64,000 nucleotides of DNA from Dehalococcoidia bacterium (lineage in GTDB: Bacteria > Chloroflexota > Dehalococcoidia > UBA2979): assembly GCA_965247925.1 (NCBI GenBank), contig CBDFIB010000004.1:1701697-1765696 (forward strand), written 5' to 3'. A program made the translations under genes and the position numbers. How positions within the stretch are numbered: position 1 is the stretch's first letter; the number at the start of each line of letters is the position of its first letter. This document shows positions 34,143-43,966 of the stretch, piece by piece. The notes under the pieces were generated by a model. It was not told where the DNA came from. It ran no database searches and was given only the letters and a program-made list of their open reading frames with translations.

Positions 34143-35924
34143 GTGACGACCGAGGCCGCCGAGCGCCGAGCGCCGATCCGCCTGCTGCCGCCGGAGGCGG
34201 CGGCGCGGATCGCGGCCGGCGAGGTGATCGAGCGCCCCGCCTCGATCGTCAAGGAGCTGATCGAGAACGCGCTCGACGCCGGGGCGCGGCGTATCGAGGT
34301 CGCCGTCGAGAGCGGCGGGATCGACCGCATCCGCGTGCGCGACGACGGCTGCGGGATTCCCGCCGAGCAGCTCGCCGACGCCTTCGAGCGGCACGCGACC
34401 TCGAAGCTGCGCAGCGCCGAGGAGCTGTTCGCGGTGCGATCGCTCGGCTTCCGCGGCGAGGCGCTGGCGGCGATCGTCGCGGCCGCCGAGGTCGACTGCA
34501 CGACGCGCGTGGCGGGGGAGTCGGCTGCGGCGACGGCGCGCTTCCGCGGCGGGCGGCCGGCGGCGCAGGGCAGCGCGGCGGGCGCACCGGGGACGAGCAT
34601 CGAGGCGCGCGATCTGTTCGCGGGGCTGCCGGCGCGGCGCGCCTTCCTGCGCTCGCCGCGCGCCGAGGCGCGGGCGGTCGCGCGCGTGCTCGAGGACTAC
34701 GCGCTCGCCTACCCGGCGGTCGCCTTCCGGCTGGAACTGGACGGCCGGGCCGCGCTCGCCAGCCCCGGCGACGGCGCGGCGCGCTCGGCCTGGGCGGCCG
34801 TCTACGACGCGCAGTCGGCACAGGCACTGCTGTCGCTCGACCATCGGGAGCCGACCGAGGGCGGGCTGTTGCGGGTGAGCGGGCTGGCCGGGCCGCCCTC
34901 GCTGCACCGCGGCAACCGCGGGGCGCTGCACCTCGTGGCCAACGGGCGCGCGATCGACGATCGCGCGCTGACGTTCGCGGTCGAGCGCGCCTACGAGGGG
35001 CTGCTGCCGGCGGGCCGCCACCCGCTCGGGCTGCTGCGCATCGATCTGCCCCCGGAGCTGATCGACGTCAACGTGCACCCGACGAAGGCCGAGGTGCGCT
35101 TCCGCGAGGAGCGCGCGGTGGCGCGCGCCGTGGGCGCGGCGCTGCGGGCCGCGCTCTCCGGCGCACCCGCGCCCGAGGCGCCGCCGATCGGCGCGAGCAC
35201 GAACTGGCCTTGGACGGCACCGTCCGATCCGGCGGCCGCGCCGACGGCGCAGTCCTCGGCGGCCGCGCTGTTGCGCTCGGCGCAGCCCGCAGAGCCGCGC
35301 GAGCCCGCGCCAGAGGCGCCAGAACTGCCGCTCGGCGAGCGGCTGCCGGCGCTGCGCCCGCTCGGGCAGGTGGACGAGACCTTCCTCGTGGCCGAGGCGC
35401 CAGACGGGCTCTGCCTCGTCGACCAGCACGCGGCGCACGAGCGCGTGCTCTACGAGCGCGTGCGGGCGCAGCTCGCGGCCGGCGAGGCCGCCTCGCAGCC
35501 ACTGCTGCAGGCGGTGGTGGCGCCGCTCAGCGCCTCGCAGGCGGCGCTCGCGGCCGTCGAGGCGGAGACGCTGGCCGCGCTCGGCTGGGTGCTGGAGGCG
35601 ACCGACGACGCGGCGCTGATCGTGCGCGCGCTGCCGGCGTTGCTCGGGGACGTGGAGCCGGGCACGGCGCTGGCGGAGCTGCTCGACCGCATGGAGGCGG
35701 AGGAGCGGCTCTCGGGGCCGGACCGCACGGCGGCGAGCCTCGCCTGCCGGGCGGCGATCCGCGCGGGCGACCGCGTGAGCGAGGCGCAGCAGCGCGAGCT
35801 GCTGGCCGCGCTCGAGCGCTGCGCGCTGCCGCAGACCTGCCCGCACGGCCGCCCGACGCTGCTGCACCTCAGCCGCGAGCAGCTGCGCCGCTCCTTCGGG
35901 CGCTCGGCCAGGCCGACGCTGTAG
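34143..35924 (+). CDS. mutL: DNA mismatch repair endonuclease MutL
   Basis: Motifs are IAAGEVIERPASIVKELIENALDAGA, HATSK, LGFRGEAL, DVNVHPTK, the endonuclease motif DQHAAHERVLYE, ACR and CPHGRP. Confidence 0.96.
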   Translation: MTTEAAERRAPIRLLPPEAAARIAAGEVIERPASIVKELIENALDAGARRIEVAVESGGIDRIRVRDDGCGIPAEQLADAFERHATSKLRSAEELFAVRSLGFRGEALAAIVAAAEVDCTTRVAGESAAATARFRGGRPAAQGSAAGAPGTSIEARDLFAGLPARRAFLRSPRAEARAVARVLEDYALAYPAVAFRLELDGRAALASPGDGAARSAWAAVYDAQSAQALLSLDHREPTEGGLLRVSGLAGPPSLHRGNRGALHLVANGRAIDDRALTFAVERAYEGLLPAGRHPLGLLRIDLPPELIDVNVHPTKAEVRFREERAVARAVGAALRAALSGAPAPEAPPIGASTNWPWTAPSDPAAAPTAQSSAAALLRSAQPAEPREPAPEAPELPLGERLPALRPLGQVDETFLVAEAPDGLCLVDQHAAHERVLYERVRAQLAAGEAASQPLLQAVVAPLSASQAALAAVEAETLAALGWVLEATDDAALIVRALPALLGDVEPGTALAELLDRMEAEERLSGPDRTAASLACRAAIRAGDRVSEAQQRELLAALERCALPQTCPHGRPTLLHLSREQLRRSFGRSARPTL

Positions 35925-36839
35925 TCATTCGAAGAGCAACGACCAGGCGCGATCGAGGTCCGGGTCCGTCGTGACGAGCGACGCGTCCGGCCGCGGCGGC
36001 GGCTCTCCGCGCGCGGATGCGCGGGCGGCGGCGTGCAGCCAGCGTCCGGCGCGGTCGCCGGGCGGCGGCCCGGCGCAGGCGGCGGCGACGAGCAGCGAGG
36101 GCTGTTCGAGCGGGCCGATCAGCGCCTCGACGCCCGCGCCGCAGGCGACGGCGGCGTAGAGCGCACGCAGGGCGTCGCGGAGCGACGGCGCAGCGTCGGC
36201 GACATAACCGGCGTTCCCGGCGGCCAGCAGCGGGCGCAGCCTCGGCGTCCCGTCGGCGGCGGCGAGCGCGCGCACGAGGCCGAGCGCGCGGCCGGGCGGG
36301 GCAGGCGGGGGCGCGGCGAGGCAGTCGAACCAGGCCTCGCCGATGCCCGACTCCGCGAGCAGCTCGCGGGCGTGCGCGGCGGCGCGCAGGAGGGCGTCGA
36401 GGTCCGCGCCGGCGCGGTCGGCGGGGGAGACGACGACGCCCGCTCCCGCCTCGGCGGCAACGGCGAGCAGATCGCGCGCGCCGGGGCGATCGAGGAAGAC
36501 CGCGTTCACCGTAAGCGGCGGGGGGATCTCCGCCAGCGCGGCCGTCAGCGCCGCGTGGCTGCCGCAGTCGAGCCAGATCGCGACCCCCGGCGCGGCCCTA
36601 CGGATCGCCGAGGCTGCCCAGACGAGGTCGTTCGCGATCTGAGCGGGCGCCACGCCCTCGCCGAGGCCGAGATTGAGGTCGAGGGCGACACGCGCGAGTC
36701 CCGCCGCGCGGGCGGCCTCGAGCTGGCGGCGGGCGCGCGCGACCAGCGGGCCGGGTTCGCGCCGGCGCAGCGCCTCGGAGAGCGGCGGACGCCACAGCTC
36801 GAGCGACTGGCCGACGAGCAGCGGGGCGCCTTCGATCAT
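35925..36839 (-). CDS. Divergent pterin-binding TIM-barrel protein (AcsE/methyltetrahydrofolate methyltransferase-like)
   Basis: LLVGQSL..., ARRQLEA, ALDLNLG, IWLDCGS..AL.AAL, VNAV, WFDCL and AAGNAG correspond positionally to the AcsE-type GERIN, LDLN, LDST, INS, DPL and GLSN motifs. Confidence 0.55.
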   Translation of the reverse strand: MIEGAPLLVGQSLELWRPPLSEALRRREPGPLVARARRQLEAARAAGLARVALDLNLGLGEGVAPAQIANDLVWAASAIRRAAPGVAIWLDCGSHAALTAALAEIPPPLTVNAVFLDRPGARDLLAVAAEAGAGVVVSPADRAGADLDALLRAAAHARELLAESGIGEAWFDCLAAPPPAPPGRALGLVRALAAADGTPRLRPLLAAGNAGYVADAAPSLRDALRALYAAVACGAGVEALIGPLEQPSLLVAAACAGPPPGDRAGRWLHAAARASARGEPPPRPDASLVTTDPDLDRAWSLLFE

Positions 36840-36876
36840 CGGAGGGAGGCCGCGCGGGAGGAGTCGCCCAGGGCGA

Positions 36877-38394
36877 TCAGAACAGCTCCGGGAGGCCCTC
36901 GCGGCGTGCGCGCCATTCGAGCAGGCGGCCGACCGTGCGGGCGGCGCGCGGCACCGAGGGGAAGACGGCGAGACCGTGCTGGTAGGCCAGCTCCAGCACC
37001 TCGTCGGTCAGCCAGCGCTCGACGCCGCGGGCGCGGCGGACGCCGATCACGGGCCGCTCGGCCTCGTTCTGCATGTCGATCAGATCCTGCATCGCCTGCT
37101 TCTCGGCGAGCAGGCGGCGCTCCTCGCGGCGTCGCTCGCGCTCCGGATCGGGCTTGGAGCCCGGCGCGGGCGGGTCGATCCAGCTCGGCGCGCTGCCGGT
37201 GGTGACGAACAGCGCGTCGATGCCCGGCGCGTGGGCGGCGACGCGCAGCAGCTCGCGCAGCGAGTCCTCGCGCGCGTCGCCGGAGTGGAAGTGGCTGGCG
37301 TCGATCGGATTGCGGATGCTGTTGCCGGCGACGGGCATGAGCCGCCGCAGCTCGGCCGTTGTCTCCTCGGCCAGTTCCGGGAGATCGACGCCGACGTTGG
37401 CCATCGCGTCGGCGGCGAGCACGGAGAAGCCGCCGCCACCGCCGACCATCATCGCGCGCGGGCCCTGCACGTGGCGCAGGTTGGTGGTAACGCCGATCAG
37501 CAGGTCGTGCAGCTCGAACATCGTCTCGGCGCGGATCGCTCCGGTCTGGCGGCACATCGCCTCGAAGATGTCGCGCGAGCCGGCGAGCGACCCGGTGTGC
37601 GAGTTGGCGGCGCGCGCGCCTGCGGCGGTGAGGCCGCCCTTGAGGATGATCGTCGGCTTGACGCGCGCGCAGCGCCGCACCGCCTCGAACAGCGCGCGCC
37701 CGCCGTCGGCGCCCTCGAGGTAGGAGACCACGGCCTCGGTCGCGGGGTCGCTGGCGGCGTAGTCGAACAGCTCGGGTGCGGCGACGTCGGCGGCGTTGCC
37801 GAAGGAGACGAGCTTGGAGAAGCGCACGCCGCGCATCGCGAGGCCGAAGACGATGTCCATGGCGTTGCCGCCGGACTGGGAGATCGCCATCACGTTGCCG
37901 GACTCGGAGGGGAACCCGTTCTGGAAGGCGATCCGCTCGCCGGGAATGTAGAGGCCCATGCAGTTGGGGCCGATCACGCGGATCCCGGCGTCGATCGCCC
38001 TCGCCATCAACTGGTCCTGGAGCCGCGCCAGTTCCGGGTCGCCGATCTCCGCGAATCCGGCGGTGAAGAAGTGGATCGAGCGCACGCCCTTCTCGATCGA
38101 CTGCTCGATCAGCCCCTCGACGGCGCGCGCCGGGACGCTCGAGATCACGTGATCGACGGGGCCGGGCGTCTCGAGCAGCGAGGGGTAGCAGGGCAGCCCG
38201 CCAATCTCCTCGGCGTTGGGGTTGACGAGGTAGAGCGGCTTCTCCTTGTCGAAGCCCTGCTCCTGCAGGGCGCGCAGGAAGCCGCCGCCGCGCGGAGCAC
38301 TTACCTCGCGCGGGACGCCGACGATCGCGATCGAACGCGGGTGGAAGATCGGTTCAAGCGGGTGCTGGGAGGTGCTCGCGGGCGCGTCGCTCAT
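36877..38394 (-). CDS. CoA-binding protein, acyl-CoA synthetase (NDP-forming) alpha-subunit family
   Basis: It has FHPRSIAIVG, VNP, AGFAEIG, RVIGPNCMG, SQSGG, VSFGNAADV, the phospho-His motif SHTGSLAG, and NPID. Confidence 0.88.
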   Translation of the reverse strand: MSDAPASTSQHPLEPIFHPRSIAIVGVPREVSAPRGGGFLRALQEQGFDKEKPLYLVNPNAEEIGGLPCYPSLLETPGPVDHVISSVPARAVEGLIEQSIEKGVRSIHFFTAGFAEIGDPELARLQDQLMARAIDAGIRVIGPNCMGLYIPGERIAFQNGFPSESGNVMAISQSGGNAMDIVFGLAMRGVRFSKLVSFGNAADVAAPELFDYAASDPATEAVVSYLEGADGGRALFEAVRRCARVKPTIILKGGLTAAGARAANSHTGSLAGSRDIFEAMCRQTGAIRAETMFELHDLLIGVTTNLRHVQGPRAMMVGGGGGFSVLAADAMANVGVDLPELAEETTAELRRLMPVAGNSIRNPIDASHFHSGDAREDSLRELLRVAAHAPGIDALFVTTGSAPSWIDPPAPGSKPDPERERRREERRLLAEKQAMQDLIDMQNEAERPVIGVRRARGVERWLTDEVLELAYQHGLAVFPSVPRAARTVGRLLEWRARREGLPELF

Positions 38395-38506
38395 CGGCTC
38401 ACTTTCGCTGCCCGCCGGGCTGTGTGCGTCTGCGGGGGGCGCGCGTGACGCGCGCAACGCGCCCGATTGTAGCGCGCGGGCGCTTACGGGGGAGCGGCGG
38501 CGCCCG

Positions 38507-39337
38507 TCAGCCCGGGGAGGACGTCGCTGCCGTGGCGTGCGAGGCGTCGGGGACGCGGTAGCGCGACCAGCCGAGATCCTCGACGCGCGGCGCGCCGCCG
38601 GGCGTCGTGATCTGGCGCAGCGTGCGCGCGGACAGCAGGCCCGCCTGCTGCGCGGGTGGCTGCTGCACCTCGATCACGACGCCGGGGAGGTCGGCTGTGG
38701 GTGCGCGGAAGGCGGCGACAACCTGCGAGTCGTCCGCCGAGATCTCGAGCAGCACCGGCCAGGAGTGGGGATTGCGGAGGCGGACATCGAGCACGCCGTA
38801 CTCGATCGTCGCGTCGCGCCCGAGCTCGAAGTAGCGCGCCTCGCCGTAGATGTCCGCGGAGTGCGCGTGCCGCTCCACGATCTCGAGCGCGGCGAGCAGC
38901 CCGGCGTTGTAGAGCACGGTGGAGAGCAGGCAGACGGCGCCGCCGGCCTCGGCGGTGATCCGGCCGTCGACGATCGCCGAGCCTTCCAGGTAGCCGCGCC
39001 GCGCGCTCGGCCGGCCGCTCAGGCGCCAGAGCGAGAGCACCTCGCCGGGCTCGACGCGCGCGCCGTGCAGCGCCGAGGCCATCAGCCGCTGGTTGTGGCG
39101 CTTGCCCTCGGCGAGGTGCTCCTGGTCGGGGTAGATCCGCAACGGCAGGCGGTAGCCCTCGAAGCGGTGCGGGAAGGCGTCCGGGGAGTCGCGCCCGCCG
39201 GCGAAGAGGATGCCGCTGCGGCGGTCGCGGAGGTGACGGCGGGCGATCGCCGCCTCGGCGCGCAGGCGGCGCGGGATCCAGCGCCGCGCGAGGCGGCGCG
39301 AGGCGTGGACGGCGGCCGCGGCAGGCGGGTTCGGCAT
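38507..39337 (-). CDS. VanW-family protein
   Basis: Motifs K.HN.RL, PGEV.SL, RGYLEG..I..G, GGAVCLLSTVLYNA, IVERHAHS and GRDATIEYG.LD.RLRN are present. Confidence 0.8.
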   Translation of the reverse strand: MPNPPAAAAVHASRRLARRWIPRRLRAEAAIARRHLRDRRSGILFAGGRDSPDAFPHRFEGYRLPLRIYPDQEHLAEGKRHNQRLMASALHGARVEPGEVLSLWRLSGRPSARRGYLEGSAIVDGRITAEAGGAVCLLSTVLYNAGLLAALEIVERHAHSADIYGEARYFELGRDATIEYGVLDVRLRNPHSWPVLLEISADDSQVVAAFRAPTADLPGVVIEVQQPPAQQAGLLSARTLRQITTPGGAPRVEDLGWSRYRVPDASHATAATSSPG

Positions 39338-39431
39338 CACTATCGAGTATAGGTCCGCGGAGCGCCGTCCGCGGACACAGAAACGCCGGGCGGCTCAGCC
39401 GCCCGGCGTGCTGTTCGGATCTTGCGAAGGC

Positions 39432-40214
39432 CTAGCGGCCGTGGAAGACCGGCTTGCGCTTCTCGGCGAAGGCAGCCGCCGCCTCGGACGTGTCCTCGAG
39501 CTTCATCAGGCCCTGCATGGACTGCGGGAACGCGACGTTGAACTGGTAGGCGACCGGACGCGGGCGCGCCATCATCAGCTGCTGCTTGGTGACCTGGACG
39601 TGGACCGGCGGCAGGCCGGCGATCTCCTGGGCGAGCTCCATCGCGGTGCTCATCACGTCCTCGGGCGCCGTTACGTGGTTGACGAGGCCGAGCTCGTAGG
39701 CGCGCTGCGCCGTGACCTGGTGGCCACGCAGCACGATCTCGGAGCCGGGCAGCCACGGCAGGTTGTTGAGAATCGGCACGAACGCCGGGCCGATGATGCC
39801 GGTCGGCAGCTCGGACATGGCGAAGCGGGCGTTGTCCGCGGAGACGACGATGTCGGAGCCGCAGCACATGTACCAGCCGGCGCCCCAGGCACCGCCCTGC
39901 ACGGCGGAGATGATCGGCTTGTCGGTCTCGGGGACCAGGTAGATGCCGAAGATGTCGGCACGGGAGGGGCCACTGCGGCCGAGCGCGCCCGTTTCGGCCT
40001 GCTCGCGAATGTCGCGGCCGGCGCAGAAGATGCGGCCCTCGCCGGTGAGGACGATGCAGCGCACCTCGTCGTCGCCCATCGCTTCCATCCAGGCGCCGCC
40101 GAGCTCGTCGCCCATCTTCGCGCCGAAGGCGTTGAGCCGCTCGGGCCGGTTCAGGGTGATAGTGGCGACGTGACCGTCCACCTCGTACTTAACGTACTCT
40201 GCCTCGTAGGCCAT
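39432..40214 (-). CDS. Enoyl-CoA hydratase/isomerase (crotonase) family protein
   Basis: Motifs are ITLNRPERLNA, LTGEGRIFCAGRDI, KPIISAVQGGAWGAG, FAMSE and AFAEKRKPVF.GR. The ATG at 40214 follows AAGGAG. Confidence 0.9.
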   Translation of the reverse strand: MAYEAEYVKYEVDGHVATITLNRPERLNAFGAKMGDELGGAWMEAMGDDEVRCIVLTGEGRIFCAGRDIREQAETGALGRSGPSRADIFGIYLVPETDKPIISAVQGGAWGAGWYMCCGSDIVVSADNARFAMSELPTGIIGPAFVPILNNLPWLPGSEIVLRGHQVTAQRAYELGLVNHVTAPEDVMSTAMELAQEIAGLPPVHVQVTKQQLMMARPRPVAYQFNVAFPQSMQGLMKLEDTSEAAAAFAEKRKPVFHGR

Positions 40215-40496
40215 CTGGGCTCCTTCGCCGTCTCCTGAGTGTCGTTCGATGCGCACTCGCTGTGTGTCTCGCCGCGCGGAAGCGGGATCGCCGCACGCCA
40301 GCAGGCGCGACGGCGTGTCCGACACTCCGCGATGCGGCTTGAACCGTACAACACGATCCGGGGTTAGGCAACGCGAGCGAGCACGCTCCCCGACCGTACC
40401 GCCTGCCCCTACCGGGCCGCATCGTGCTATACCGGCTTGCGCCGTCCGATACCTCTCATCCGGCGCGGCAGGAACAGCGCGAAGAGGAGCCACGAC

Positions 40497-41588
40497 ATGC
40501 AGTCGAAAGCCGCGATCTTCACCGAGCCGGGCCAGCCTCTCGTCGTCGAGGATGTCGAGTACGGCGAGCCGGGGCCGGGCGAGGTGCTGGTGCGCAACTT
40601 CGCCTCCGGCATCTGCCACTCGCAGCTGCACCAGATGCACGGCCCGCGCGCCGTGCCCGGCCCCTTCATGCTCGGCCACGAGGCCACCGGGGAGGTCGTC
40701 GCGACCGGCGAGGGCGTCAACCACGTCGCGATCGGCGACACGGTCTTCCTCACCTGGATTCCGCGCGACGCCGCGCCCGGCGATGGTCAGCCGCCGCCGC
40801 TCACGGGCGAGATCCGCTGGCGCGGCGAGAACATCGCGCGCGGGATCTACTGCTGGTCCGAACACACCCTCGCCCGCCACGAGTACGTCGTGCGCGTCCC
40901 GGACGACGTGGCCCGCGACGTGACCAGCATCATCGGCTGCGCCGTGATGACGGGCGCCGGCGCGGTGTTGAACACCGCGAACGTGCAGCGCGGGCAGTCT
41001 GCCGCCGTCTTCGGCGTCGGCGGCGTCGGCCTCTCCGCGATCGCCGCCCTCGCCGTGCGCGAGGCGAACCCGATCATCGCCATCGACCTCGACGACGCGA
41101 AGCTGGAATTGGCGAAGCGCTTCGGCGCGACCGTGGGCATCAACGCCGCCGAGCGCGATGCGGTCACGGCGATCGGCGAGCTGACGGGGCCGGGCACCGT
41201 GAACTGGTTCAACCAGCCGACGAGCGGCCTCGAATTCGCCTTCGACTGCATCGGCAAGGAGATCACGATGCACCAGATCGCCGAGGCGGTGCGGCCCGGC
41301 GACATCACGAACACGCGCGGCGGCACGGCAGTGCTCGTCGGCGTGCCGGACGGCGAGGCCTCGCTCAACATGCTGGACATCCTGCGCGGCGAGAAGCGCT
41401 TCATCGGCTCCTACGGCGGATCCTGCCGCCCCGATCGCGACTTCCCGGAGTTCATCCGCTGGCACAAGGAGGGCATGCTCGACCTCGACACGCTCGTCAC
41501 CGAGCGCGTCAGCCTCGACGACATCAACGACGCCACGGAGCGCCTGCGCCGGGGCGAGATCGCCGGCCGCTCGATCATCGAGTTCTAG
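40497..41588 (+). CDS. Zinc-binding alcohol dehydrogenase (MDR superfamily)
   Basis: It has GICHSQ, LGHEATG, IGCAVMTG.GAV.NTA, VFGVGGVGLS and GSYGG. The four-Cys structural-zinc lobe is absent. Confidence 0.88.
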   Translation: MQSKAAIFTEPGQPLVVEDVEYGEPGPGEVLVRNFASGICHSQLHQMHGPRAVPGPFMLGHEATGEVVATGEGVNHVAIGDTVFLTWIPRDAAPGDGQPPPLTGEIRWRGENIARGIYCWSEHTLARHEYVVRVPDDVARDVTSIIGCAVMTGAGAVLNTANVQRGQSAAVFGVGGVGLSAIAALAVREANPIIAIDLDDAKLELAKRFGATVGINAAERDAVTAIGELTGPGTVNWFNQPTSGLEFAFDCIGKEITMHQIAEAVRPGDITNTRGGTAVLVGVPDGEASLNMLDILRGEKRFIGSYGGSCRPDRDFPEFIRWHKEGMLDLDTLVTERVSLDDINDATERLRRGEIAGRSIIEF

Positions 41589-42599
41589 CCGCGGCTGCGC
41601 GGTCGTTCGCCTACTGTGGTGGGTCGGCGCGGGCCCCTGGATCACCGTTCGGGGATTGAGACGAGTATCCGTGGCACGCAATCAATTCATCGCTGCCGGA
41701 CTTGTACTCGGCCTGATCGCCGTACTCTCCCCTGTCGCCGTTCTCTTCCTCATGCAGGACGAGGGCGAGCAGGCGGGCGAGCGCCGCACCGCCGCGTCAG
41801 CCCCCTCCCCCGCCTCAGCACCCGCTCCGACCTCCTTCAGCTCCGTCAGCGCCGGCCGCGAATCCACCTGTGCCCTGCGGACGGATGGTGCCGTCGTGTG
41901 TTGGGGTAGTAACGGCGTTGGCGGGGCGTCGCCGCCTCCAGGTGCCTTTACGTCCGTCAGCACCGGCAGTGGCCACGCCTGCGGCGTGCGGACGGACGGC
42001 TCCGTCGCGTGCTGGGGGCGTTCCCACGGTAGCTCGTCGCCGCCGTCCGGCGCCTTTACGTCCGTCAGTGCCCAAAACGTCCACACCTGCGGAGTCAGGA
42101 CGGACGATTCCGTGGCGTGCTGGGGCGGTGATGATGCTGGGCAGGCGTCACCCCCCGACGGCTCCTTCACCTCCGTCAGCGCTGGGGCACTCCACAATTG
42201 CGGAGTCAGGACGGACGGTTCCGCGACGTGCTGGGGCTACGATAAACAAGGGCAAGCGTCACCTCCCGGCGGCTCCTTTACTTCCGTTAGCGCAGGGTCG
42301 TGGCACACCTGCGGCGTGCGCACGGATGGCTCCGTGGCGTGCTGGGGCTACGATGGTCGGCGAGCGTCACCGCCCGACAGCTCCTTCACCTCCGTCAGCG
42401 CCGGGAATACGCACACCTGCGGAGTCAGGACGGACGGTTCCGTGGCTTGCTGGGGCCGGGACCTTTCCGGTGACTCGAGACCGCCCGACGGCTCCTTCAC
42501 CTTCGTCAGCGCAGGGGGATCACACACCTGCGGAGTCAGGACGGACGGTTCCGTGGCTTGCTGGGGCAGTGACGACTACGGGCAAGCGTCACCTCCCGG

Positions 42600-43966
42600 A
42601 GTAGCGTCCCAGCAAGTGGTGTCAGAGAGGTGGACGTAGGAGACCACCGCGCCATCCTTCACACAGGAGTTAGTCACGTGAAGGAGGACTACGGTGGTCA
42701 GGGAGAGCGTGGACTTGTTGGAGTTGCTCCGCAAGCAGGCGGCCGGGGGCGACCTCGACTTCCTGCGTGAAGCGGTGGCCGTCCTTGCCGAGGCGGTGAT
42801 GGAGGCCGAGGTCGCAGCGCAAATCGGCGCCGGCCACGGCGAGCGCAGTCCGGAACGCATCACGCGGCGCAACGGCTACCGGCCGCGGCGCTGGGACACG
42901 CGCGCCGGCAGCATCGAGCTACAGATCCCGAAGCTCCGCCAGGGCAGCTACTTCCCCGCCCTGCTCGAACCCAGACGCCGTGCCGAGCGCGCGCTGCTGT
43001 CGGTTGTGCAGCAGGCCTACGTCGAGGGCGTCTCGACCCGCCGCGTCGACGACCTCGTGCGCTCGCTCGGCTGCGAGGGCATCTCCAAGAGCCAGGTCTC
43101 GCGCATCTGCACCGAGCTCGACGCGGTCGTGAGCTCCTTCCTCGAGCGGCCGCTCGACGGCGGTCCCTACCGCTACCTTTGGCTCGACGCACTCACCCAG
43201 CGCGTGCGCGAGGAGGGCCGCATCGCCCAGGTCAGCGTTGTGGCCGCCACCGCCGTCAACGGCGACGGCAAGCGCGAGGTGCTGGGCATCGACGTCGGCA
43301 CGAGCGAGGACGGGGCGTTCTGGCTCTCATTTCTCCGCGGCCTGGTGGCGCGCGGGCTCTCCGGCGTGGAGCTGGTGACCTCCGACGCCCACCAGGGACT
43401 GCGGGCGGCGATCGCGACCGTCTTCGGCGGCGCCTCGTGGCAGCGCTGCCGGGCGCACTTCATGCGGAACCTGCTGACGCGCGTGCCGAAGAGCGCGGAG
43501 GCGCTGGTGGCGACGACCGTACGCACGATCTTCCAGCAGCCCTCGGCGGAGGCGGTGCACGCCCAGCACGCCCGCGTGGTGGAGCAACTGGAAGCGCGCT
43601 TCCCCGAGGCCGCGGCGATGCTCGCAGAGGCGGCGCCGGAGGTCCTGGCCTTCACGGCCTGCCCGCTCGCGCACTGGAAGCAGGTCTGGTCGAACAACCC
43701 GCTCGAGCGCCTCAACCGCGAGATTCGCCGGCGTACCGACGTGGTCGGCATCTTCCCCAACCGCGCCGCGGTGGTCCGGCTGGTCGGCGCGGTGCTCGCC
43801 GAGCAGCACGACGAGTGGGCGGTGGCGAGGCGCTACATGACGATGGTGACGCTGCTACCCTCGCCCGGGCGCGAGCTCACGTCAGGCGAGGAGGTGCTGC
43901 TGCAGGCTGCCAGCTAGCAATTGATCAGGATGGTGCACTCTGACACCACCTTGCGGGACGTGACCT
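42600..43966 (+). mobile_element. IS256-family insertion sequence
   Basis: The imperfect terminal IRs share CGTCCC and GTGGTGTCAGAG (left 42600-42627, right 43938-43965). A flanking direct repeat CTCCCGG lies at 42593-99 and 43967-73. Exact ends are uncertain by 1-2 nt. Confidence 0.9.
42694..43917 (+). CDS. IS256-family (mutator-type DDE) transposase
   Basis: Motifs are RNGYRPR.WDTRAG.I.L.IPKLRQGSYFP, YVEGVSTRRV, YLWLDA, LVTSDAHQGL, WQRCRAHF.RN and SNNPLERLNREIRRRTDVVGIFPN. Confidence 0.96.
   Translation: MVRESVDLLELLRKQAAGGDLDFLREAVAVLAEAVMEAEVAAQIGAGHGERSPERITRRNGYRPRRWDTRAGSIELQIPKLRQGSYFPALLEPRRRAERALLSVVQQAYVEGVSTRRVDDLVRSLGCEGISKSQVSRICTELDAVVSSFLERPLDGGPYRYLWLDALTQRVREEGRIAQVSVVAATAVNGDGKREVLGIDVGTSEDGAFWLSFLRGLVARGLSGVELVTSDAHQGLRAAIATVFGGASWQRCRAHFMRNLLTRVPKSAEALVATTVRTIFQQPSAEAVHAQHARVVEQLEARFPEAAAMLAEAAPEVLAFTACPLAHWKQVWSNNPLERLNREIRRRTDVVGIFPNRAAVVRLVGAVLAEQHDEWAVARRYMTMVTLLPSPGRELTSGEEVLLQAAS

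Noticed and set aside
38507-39337. Vancomycin resistance locus
   Set aside because: Only a stand-alone VanW-domain gene is present, with no vanHAX or vanRS genes. VanW homologs are widespread.
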